NCBI GenBank assembly: GCA_041659325.1
Contig: JBAZYN010000001.1
Coordinates: forward strand, 494,819-558,818
Reading direction: 5' to 3'
DNA: 64,000 bases
From: Candidatus Shapirobacteria bacterium
GTDB lineage: Bacteria > Patescibacteriota > Microgenomatia > UBA12405
Below, piece by piece: positions 57,296 through 64,000 of the stretch. A program made the position numbers and the translations under genes. Below the pieces are notes generated by a model. It saw nothing but the letters and a program-made list of their open reading frames with translations. It was not told the DNA's origin and did not search any database. Each line of letters begins with the position of its first letter. Position 1 is the stretch's first letter.

Positions 57296-57362
57296 TGCGA
57301 TCCGCCAACTGGCGGAGTGGCAATCTTTTCTAGTCCTCCCTTCTTCAAGGGAGGGAATTAAA
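57290..57362. repeat. MITE-like family, partial copy F (CGTCATTGCGATCCGCCAACTGGCGGAGTGGCAATC plus a CCTCCC ... GGGAGG hairpin)
   Basis: The first 36 nt match copies C and E almost exactly; no 3' TIR found. Confidence 0.4.
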
Positions 57363-57385
57363 GGGTGGGTTTTAATTTAATTAAA

Positions 57386-57457
57386 ATTACAGATTACAGA
57401 TTACAGACCTGCCTGCCGGTTTACCCGCCGTGGTGGGCAGGCAGGTTACAAATTACA
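57386..57457. repeat. tandem heptamer array with embedded palindrome CCTGCCTGCCGG ... GGGCAGGCAGG
   Basis: AATTACAG ATTACAG ATTACAG then palindrome then TTACAAA TTACATT; overlaps the PBP2 stop codon. Confidence 0.6.
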
Positions 57458-59102
57458 TTTTTATCCCCGGTGTTGGTGTCCCATATCTTGGCACCACCGT
57501 TTCCGGTTCCTCAAACCATTCTTTCAAAATATCCCCCACAATCGGCGCCGCCACATCAGACCCTTCCCCGCCTCTCTCCACCACAACCGTAATAGATATT
57601 TGTGGCTCATCAACTGGTGCAAAAGCAGTCAGCCAGGCATGTGTTTCTTTACTCCCGTCACCCACTTCCGCCGTCCCTGTCTTACAGGCAATCTCAGTCT
57701 TAAAGTTAAAAAGCGGCCACGCTGTCCCTCCACTTTTACAGGCTTCTTTCATTCCCCCAACTACTAACTTTATCGTCTCTTTCTTTATCCCCAAACTTTC
57801 GCACTCCGCTTTCCCGTTCCGAATCAAGGTCATTTTACACTTCACCCCCCCATTGGCTACCACATTCGTCATCTGGTTCACCTGAAGAGGTGTCACACTC
57901 AAATCTCCCTGTCCGATGGCCAAATGATAAGTATTTCCCAAAAACCACTTCTCCCCCTTATTTTCAATTTTCCATTTTTCATCCGGTAAAATCCCGCTAA
58001 TTTCCCCCGGTAACTCCACCCCCGCTTTTTTTCCAAAACCAAATTTATCCGCCCAGGTCACAATTCTCTCCAGTCCCATTCTCTCCCCCAATCTATAAAA
58101 AAATATATCATTAGATCTCTTCAGGGCTTTTACAATATTCACCATCCCATCTGTCCCGCCGCTTTTGTTCCACAGCCAATTCGAATAGGAATATTCACCC
58201 ACCTTTATCACCCCGGTATCCTCGATCAGAGTATTGCCATCAATTACACCCGTTTCCAGTCCGCCGGTTGCCATCGTCAGTTTAAACACCGAACCCGGAT
58301 GATATCTTGCCGCCACCGCCCTGTTCAGAAGCGGCAAATCTACCTTATCGTCCAGATAATTATTAATCGCTACATTATCCTGCTGAAATGAAAACACATT
58401 GGGGTCAAACCCGGGACTGGAAACCATGCTGACTATTTCTCCGTTTTGGGGGTTGCTGATTATTACCACCGCCTTTTTCCCTTCAAGCATTTTATAAATC
58501 TTTTCCTGCCAGTAAGCATCCAAACTTAAGGTAATTTTTTCCCCTATTTCCGGCTCCTGTCTCCCTAGCTCTCTGATATATTTCCCCTTTGCATCTACTT
58601 CTATCAACCGTTTACCGTCCACCCCCCGAAGATCACAATCAAAATACTCTTCAGTTCCTCCCCGTCCCAACACACTTCCAAATCCCAACCGCTCTTTGCA
58701 CTTATCCGTATTTATTTCCTTTTCATTTACTTGCCCCACATATCCGGTAATAAAAGACATCGATTCCCCATATGGGTATTGCCGCTTTAACTCATATGCC
58801 AAATCTTTACCCTCAAACCGATAGCCCAAAAAGTCCCCCTGGTCATCATAAACCCTGTTTCCGTCAACCATTTTAAAGTATTGATAAAAACTTTTCGCCA
58901 CCACCCTGTCTTTCCGGTCGACTATCAATCCCCTTCCGGCCGGGATTACCGTTTCAAAAATTCGGTTTTCCCTGGATAAACTATAGTAATATTTGTGTCT
59001 GATAATCGACAAATTGCAAAATCCGACAAACAATATCCCAAAGCTCAAAAACAGACCTACTTTCAAACCCCAATACCGCAAATTACCCTCGGTTTCCATC
59101 AT
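57453..59102 (-). CDS. mrdA: penicillin-binding protein 2-type peptidoglycan D,D-transpeptidase
   Basis: N-terminal TM, dimerisation domain, transpeptidase motifs SVFK, SNW-like, KTGTAEV. Directly downstream of mreB, which favours mrdA over ftsI. Confidence 0.8.
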   Translation of the reverse strand: MMETEGNLRYWGLKVGLFLSFGILFVGFCNLSIIRHKYYYSLSRENRIFETVIPAGRGLIVDRKDRVVAKSFYQYFKMVDGNRVYDDQGDFLGYRFEGKDLAYELKRQYPYGESMSFITGYVGQVNEKEINTDKCKERLGFGSVLGRGGTEEYFDCDLRGVDGKRLIEVDAKGKYIRELGRQEPEIGEKITLSLDAYWQEKIYKMLEGKKAVVIISNPQNGEIVSMVSSPGFDPNVFSFQQDNVAINNYLDDKVDLPLLNRAVAARYHPGSVFKLTMATGGLETGVIDGNTLIEDTGVIKVGEYSYSNWLWNKSGGTDGMVNIVKALKRSNDIFFYRLGERMGLERIVTWADKFGFGKKAGVELPGEISGILPDEKWKIENKGEKWFLGNTYHLAIGQGDLSVTPLQVNQMTNVVANGGVKCKMTLIRNGKAECESLGIKKETIKLVVGGMKEACKSGGTAWPLFNFKTEIACKTGTAEVGDGSKETHAWLTAFAPVDEPQISITVVVERGGEGSDVAAPIVGDILKEWFEEPETVVPRYGTPTPGIKM

Positions 59103-60211
59103 TCCCTATATCCCGAAACCAGTCTAACCTGACCGAGTAATTCTCTGTTTTCTATCAATGCCCCGCATCCAAAAATGACCGACATACCCGGATCCTCTGT
59201 CACCCGGGTTACTATTTTAGTCTCTTTTTCAATCTCTCTATCCAGACCTTTCAGCTTCGCTCCGCTCCCCACCAAAATAATTCCTCTTTTCAAAATATCA
59301 TCCATCAGCTCCGGCGGAGTTTCGTCCAACACCGTTTTCACCATCTTAACAATTTTTCCCACCTCAAGTCCCACCGCCTCCTGAATTTCCGAAGCACTTA
59401 GTTTAATACTCCGGGGCAGACCAGACTCCAGATCGCGACCCCTCACCAAAGAGTGGCTCCCTCCCTCACCATCAAAAATCCTTCCCGATTCAATTTTCAC
59501 CCGTTCCGCCGTACCCGGACCAATCAGCACCCCATATTTCATCCTTACATAATTCACAATATTATTATCCAATTCTATCCCCGCTACTTTACTCGCCCGG
59601 GTCAGCACGACCCCACCCATCGATACCAAACTTACTTCCGTTTTTCCTCCGCCAATGTCCACCACCAGCAACCCCGACGATTTATTAACCGGCATCCCCG
59701 CCCCAATTGCCGCCAAAATCGATTCCTCCACCAACATTACCTGGGCCGCCCCCGCCGCCAAAAAAATGGTCTTTACTGCCCGTTTCTGAACATCGGTCAC
59801 AAAACCCGGGACTCCCACCAATACCTTGGGTTTCAAAAACTTAGGATATTTACTGGGTATTTCATAAACCAACCGTAGATAGTAAGTAATCATATCTTCT
59901 GCCGACTCCATATCCGAAATTATCCCGTTTTTTATCGGGTTAACAACTTCGATATGGATAGGCTCACGGTTAACCATTTCTTTTGCCTTTGTCCCAAAAG
60001 CAATTGGCCGCAGATTAGACAATTTTGGCGCCGACAACCCGGTCCATCTTTTCTTTTTTGGTCGGGCCACCATGGCCGGCTCATCCACCACCACCCCCCG
60101 CTCTCGAAGATAAATCAAAACATTACTGCTGCCCAGGTCAACCCCAATATCCCACCTAAACGGCGCCAAAATTTTGTCCACAAAACCTCCAAAATCAAAA
60201 AGACTGATCAC
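59099..60211 (-). CDS. mreB: rod shape-determining protein MreB (with a small insertion)
   Basis: Actin-fold motifs GIDLGSSN, VVDIGGGKTEVSLV, LVGSGAKLKGLD ... ETKI. Confidence 0.9.
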   Translation of the reverse strand: MISLFDFGGFVDKILAPFRWDIGVDLGSSNVLIYLRERGVVVDEPAMVARPKKKRWTGLSAPKLSNLRPIAFGTKAKEMVNREPIHIEVVNPIKNGIISDMESAEDMITYYLRLVYEIPSKYPKFLKPKVLVGVPGFVTDVQKRAVKTIFLAAGAAQVMLVEESILAAIGAGMPVNKSSGLLVVDIGGGKTEVSLVSMGGVVLTRASKVAGIELDNNIVNYVRMKYGVLIGPGTAERVKIESGRIFDGEGGSHSLVRGRDLESGLPRSIKLSASEIQEAVGLEVGKIVKMVKTVLDETPPELMDDILKRGIILVGSGAKLKGLDREIEKETKIVTRVTEDPGMSVIFGCGALIENRELLGQVRLVSGYRE

Positions 60212-60246
60212 ATCAAATTATAGCAAGATACCGTTATACTATACCT

Positions 60247-62217
60247 ATGAAATTAATACCCAGGGCAATTATTTTTTGCTACCTCCTGCTTTTCTTTTTC
60301 ACCCCCCTGATTTTCACCTCCTTTAATTCAGAGCTGTTCGAATTACCCAAAACTTACTTTGTTTTTGCCATTACTATACTTGTTCTTTCCCTTCATTTAA
60401 TCAATCATTTTGTCAACGCCACTCCCCTCTATCGCCGCAGCTTCCTGGACATCCCTTTTGCACTATTTCTACTCTCCCAAGCCATTTCCACCATTATTTC
60501 CATCGATCCCCACACCTCTCTTTGGGGCTATTATTCCCGAATGAACGGCGGGCTTTTATCCACCGTCTCATATCTCACCCTTTTCTGGGTTTTCAATGTT
60601 TACCTCACCGATTCTCTAAAAAACAAGCTAGTCCACACTGCCCTGATTTCCGGATTAATAGTCTCTGTGTACGGAATTTTGCAGCATTTCGGTATCGACA
60701 AACACCTCTGGATTCAGGATGTCCAAAACCGGGTTTTCTCCACCCTCGGCCAACCAAATTGGTTGGCCGCCTATCTTTGTATCCTTATCCCTTTTGCCAT
60801 TTTGAAATTTCTTAATTCCAAATCAAAGTTACAGTTTACTGTTTACAGTTTACTGATTACCGTTTTTTATCTGTGTCTCCTTTTTACCAAATCCAAATCA
60901 GGTATTCTTGCCGCCATCATCACCATCTCTCTCTTTCTTATTATCTATTCCCAAAAAACAAAAAAAATTCTATTACCGATTATCGTTTCCGGCTTAGTGA
61001 TTATTTTTCTTTTTACCGTCAACAATCCCATTCAAAATCGCCTTTCCCCCTCCTCCCCCCAAACTCCCTCAGCCCTGTCAGAGGTTACCGCCGACACTAA
61101 TATTACTGCCTCAGAAGATATCAGAAAAATTGTCTGGCAAGGTGCCTTTGACCTCTGGAAACGTTTCCCCGTCCTTGGCACCGGAGTAGAAACTTTTGCC
61201 TATTCTTATTACTGGACCAGGCCGACCTCTCATAATCTCACCTCCGAGTGGGACTTTCTCTACAACAAAGCCCACAACGAATATTTAAACTACCTCGCTA
61301 CTACCGGCGCTCTAGGCTTACTTGCCTACCTCCTCATCATTTTCACCGTTCTCAAAAAATTAATCCCTAATCACCAATCCGATATAGAAAACCTGGCTAT
61401 CCTCTCCGGCTTCTCCGCCATTTTGATCACCAATGCCGCCGGTTTTACCGTCGTTGTCTCATCTTTATTTTTCTTCCTTCTTCCCGCCCTCATCAAAATC
61501 CCGCCACAGGTTATTACTCCAAAAGCCAAACTAAAAGATAATTTTTTTACCATTCCCCTTGTCATTTTTACCCTAATCTGTGGCAGCTATCTTTTCAACA
61601 CCATTACCGCCTATTATCTAGCCGATATCGCCTTCGCCCAATCCGAAAATACCGATGCCGACCAAGAGCCTCAAACTGCCTATGACTACATCGGCGCCGC
61701 CATTAAATTTCGACCCACCGAGCCCTTGTACCAAAGCAAGATGTCTACCATCGCCGTCAAACTCGCTTCCATCGACAAACAATCGCAAGACAACAACATC
61801 AAGATCGCCCTGGCCGCTTCTGACAAATCCGTTGCCGATTCTCCGGCCAATGTTAACTTTTGGAAAGAACGAGCCCAAATGTTTATTTACCTGTCCACCA
61901 TCGATTCAAAATATTTTACCGACTCCATCGAGTCCCTTCTCTCCGCCTCCCGTCTTGCTCCCACCGATGCCAAAATTTTTTATCTTATCGGTCGTTTTTA
62001 TCTTACTGCCGGCCAAACTCCAGAGGCCCTTTTGTACTTTCAAAAAGCCATCGACCAAAAACCAAACTATGATTTTGCCTATTTTGATATGGGGAAAATT
62101 TATTTGGATCAGAAAGACTATCAAAAAGCCAAAGAATCATTTGAAACCACCCTAAAAATCGCCCCAAAAAACACCGACGCCCAAAATTACCTTGATCAAA
62201 TCAACCTCCTTGACTAG
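60247..62217 (+). CDS. O-antigen ligase (Wzy_C) family membrane protein with C-terminal TPR repeats
   Basis: About 10 TM helices. Periplasmic loop WQGAFDLWKRFPVLGTGVETF ... NKAHNEYLNYL matches Wzy_C. C-terminal TPR-like helices. Contains an in-frame heptamer stretch at 60828-60865. Confidence 0.7.
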   Translation: MKLIPRAIIFCYLLLFFFTPLIFTSFNSELFELPKTYFVFAITILVLSLHLINHFVNATPLYRRSFLDIPFALFLLSQAISTIISIDPHTSLWGYYSRMNGGLLSTVSYLTLFWVFNVYLTDSLKNKLVHTALISGLIVSVYGILQHFGIDKHLWIQDVQNRVFSTLGQPNWLAAYLCILIPFAILKFLNSKSKLQFTVYSLLITVFYLCLLFTKSKSGILAAIITISLFLIIYSQKTKKILLPIIVSGLVIIFLFTVNNPIQNRLSPSSPQTPSALSEVTADTNITASEDIRKIVWQGAFDLWKRFPVLGTGVETFAYSYYWTRPTSHNLTSEWDFLYNKAHNEYLNYLATTGALGLLAYLLIIFTVLKKLIPNHQSDIENLAILSGFSAILITNAAGFTVVVSSLFFFLLPALIKIPPQVITPKAKLKDNFFTIPLVIFTLICGSYLFNTITAYYLADIAFAQSENTDADQEPQTAYDYIGAAIKFRPTEPLYQSKMSTIAVKLASIDKQSQDNNIKIALAASDKSVADSPANVNFWKERAQMFIYLSTIDSKYFTDSIESLLSASRLAPTDAKIFYLIGRFYLTAGQTPEALLYFQKAIDQKPNYDFAYFDMGKIYLDQKDYQKAKESFETTLKIAPKNTDAQNYLDQINLLD

Positions 62218-62227
62218 AACTTAGCCA

Positions 62228-62500
62228 TTGTTTACAATCTCACCAATTATGGCACCAGAACGACGATGTCGCGGAAATAGAATGACCTGGGGACTCGATT
62301 GCAAAAGATGTATTCACCTTGAAAAAGACCCAATAACCGGTGAGATCAAATACCCCGACGATTGTCATCATGGTAAAGAACGTTTCCGCATACCACCGGA
62401 AAGTACTTTCCGCGAATCTGGTACGAGCGGAGGTGATAGCCCAGATAGAGGTGGCTCCACGGAGTTTCCAGTTTCACCTCGCCGAGGAAGAGGAGATTAA
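62228..62500 (+). CDS. hypothetical small Cys/His-containing protein (90 aa), or possibly a non-coding region
   Basis: Only ORF in the convergent gap. CRGNRMTWGLDCKRC ... DCHHG could be a zinc ribbon. GC-richer and hairpin-rich. Confidence 0.25.
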   Translation: MFTISPIMAPERRCRGNRMTWGLDCKRCIHLEKDPITGEIKYPDDCHHGKERFRIPPESTFRESGTSGGDSPDRGGSTEFPVSPRRGRGD

Positions 62501-63069
62501 CCAATTTCCCCTTCCACCACCTTCCTCACCTCCCACACCACCATTTCCTTGTTTACTTCTTTATAAAATTTCCCTCCTTCCTCCAAAATCCTGTCCACAA
62601 ACAACACCCCGTTTAGATGATCCAGTTCATGCTGGAAAACAATGGCTTCAAATCCCGACATATCTTTTTTCCTTTTCACCAACTTTTCCCCTATCAGTTC
62701 CTCCCAGGAAGCGGTAATTTTTAAAAATCTTTTTACCGTTCCGTAATAATCCGGAAAAGACAAACATCCCTCCAAAAAATCCTCATCCTTTCCCCCTTCA
62801 ACCTTTATCTTGGGGTAAACCTTCTCCCCAAAAACCACCTCAATTTCGGGATTAATAAACACCTCCACCTCCTTTGTTTTTACGTCCTTCAATCCAAAAA
62901 ATCTCCTGTCCAAGCCTATTTGCGTCGCCGCCAATCCCGCTCCATTAGCGCTTGCCGACAAAACTTTTTTCAGCTCCGACACATCCCCCTTCAAACTCCC
63001 GTCCACTTTTTCAATTCTCGGAGTTGTCTGCCTCAGCACTTCAGCCGGATAGATCACAATTTTCTTCAC
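62497..63069 (-). CDS. def: peptide deformylase
   Basis: GLAATQIG (motif 1), EGCLSFP (motif 2), HELDHLNG (motif 3). Confidence 0.92.
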   Translation of the reverse strand: MKKIVIYPAEVLRQTTPRIEKVDGSLKGDVSELKKVLSASANGAGLAATQIGLDRRFFGLKDVKTKEVEVFINPEIEVVFGEKVYPKIKVEGGKDEDFLEGCLSFPDYYGTVKRFLKITASWEELIGEKLVKRKKDMSGFEAIVFQHELDHLNGVLFVDRILEEGGKFYKEVNKEMVVWEVRKVVEGEIG

Positions 63070-63116
63070 AGGCTATTTTATCAAATTTTTTCCCGAACTC
63101 AGGTTATAATTCTCTT

Positions 63117-63983
63117 ATGAAAATAGTATTCTTTGGTTCATCGGAGTATTCACTACTCATTCTAAAGTGTCTTCAAAAAATCCAGGGTTTTGACGTTTCC
63201 GCAGTAGTTACCAAGCCGGACAAAGCCACCGGCAGGGACAAGCAAATCACCCCCAATCCCGTCTCCCGGTTTTGTGCAGACAATCATCTCCCCCTACTTC
63301 AGCCCGAAGCTTTTGACGACCAATTTTCCGATACCTTTCGGTCGCTTAAACCCGATTTGGGCCTATGTGTCGCCTATGGTCCGCCCTACTTCTCCCAAGA
63401 GTTGATTGACATTCCCAAGTACAAAATTGTCAACATCCACCCCTCTCCTTTACCAAAATACCGGGGAGCAACACCCGGACCATGGCAAATAATTAACAAC
63501 GAAACCAAAAGCGCTGTCACCTTTTTCCAAATCGATATTCTCCCCGATCACGGCCCTGTCATTACCCAAATCCCCTTCACTATTTCACCAGACGAGACAT
63601 CCTCTTCGTTTTACCAAAAAGCCTTCAACCTCGCCGCTGATAGTCTGGAAACTGTTCTCACCTCCTATATCCAAAATCCTCAATCACTGTTGCCTCAAGA
63701 CCACTCAAAAAAATCTTATTTCCCCAAACTCTCAAAAGAATCCGCAAAAATAGACTGGTCTTGGAACATCAACAAAATAGAGCACTTCATCCGTGCCCTC
63801 GACCCCTGGCCTATCGCCTGGACCGAGGTAACCAATTCCAAAAACCAGATTTTAAAAATGAAAATCTTTTCCTCGACTTTTGACTTTCGACTTTCGACTT
63901 TAAGACTCGGTACAGTCCAGATAGAAGGCAAAAAACCGATCCCCTGGGCCGAGGTAAAAGACTACTACCGGATTATCAAATAG
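63117..63983 (+). CDS. fmt: methionyl-tRNA formyltransferase
   Basis: MKIVFFGSSEYS; formyltransferase core NIHPSPLPKYRGATP. Divergent from def. C-terminal domain carries an in-frame GACTTT(C/T) repeat insertion. Confidence 0.9.
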   Translation: MKIVFFGSSEYSLLILKCLQKIQGFDVSAVVTKPDKATGRDKQITPNPVSRFCADNHLPLLQPEAFDDQFSDTFRSLKPDLGLCVAYGPPYFSQELIDIPKYKIVNIHPSPLPKYRGATPGPWQIINNETKSAVTFFQIDILPDHGPVITQIPFTISPDETSSSFYQKAFNLAADSLETVLTSYIQNPQSLLPQDHSKKSYFPKLSKESAKIDWSWNINKIEHFIRALDPWPIAWTEVTNSKNQILKMKIFSSTFDFRLSTLRLGTVQIEGKKPIPWAEVKDYYRIIK

Positions 63984-64000
63984 TCAGTTGTCATATTACC

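Overview
This 64-kb window is moderately AT-rich, gene-dense and mostly housekeeping. The gene content points to a reduced-genome bacterium of the Candidate Phyla Radiation type, possibly Microgenomates-like (inference). The supporting observations: an rpsF-ssb-rpsR cluster with no rplI; rpsB-tsf-frr then rseP with no pyrH/uppS/cdsA; mreB directly followed by PBP2 with no mreCD; unusually short versions of many proteins; and cohesin/dockerin surface proteins with an LPxTG anchor. Standard genetic code appears to be used. Recognisable genes: an ABC exporter pair, gyrB-gyrA, a Xer-type tyrosine recombinase, YebC, rluD-like, lspA, dksA-like, lgt-like, one tRNA-Leu(CAA), dnaB, rpmE, an N-terminally truncated RF1-type release factor, htrA, ctpA, rpsR, ssb, rpsF, cysS, recR, ybaB, dnaX, a ybeY-like gene with a degenerate His triad, yqeY, rpsU, rseP, frr, tsf, rpsB, topA, dprA, PBP2, mreB, an O-antigen-ligase/TPR protein, def and fmt. 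Accessory content: a surface-protein cluster at 37.2-46 kb; a small island at 16.3-17.9 kb (repeat element, nucleotidyltransferase-motif gene, tRNA-Leu plus a tRNA fragment); a two-gene operon with a divergent stand-alone receiver domain at 23.4-26.7 kb; a lone VirB4/VirD4-type ATPase; and an anomalous 1.8-kb ORF-poor, partly GC-rich stretch at 49.8-51.6 kb. The most striking sequence-level signals are two repeat systems. (1) Tandem heptanucleotide arrays (ATTACAG / ATTACTG / ATTACCA; the eight arrays at 18-58 kb sit at gene 3' ends) at about 14 intergenic loci, all but one in the same chromosomal orientation, with related 7/8-nt repeats inserted in-frame into rseP, topA, fmt and the O-antigen ligase gene. 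(2) A MITE-like family with terminal inverted repeats CGTCATTGCG...CGCAATGACG and internal CCGCC-N4-GGCGG and GTGGCAATC modules, in at least six copies. No rRNA, CRISPR array or transposase gene was seen. Several GC-rich, structured, promoter- or terminator-flanked non-coding stretches are candidate ncRNAs that I could not identify by eye.
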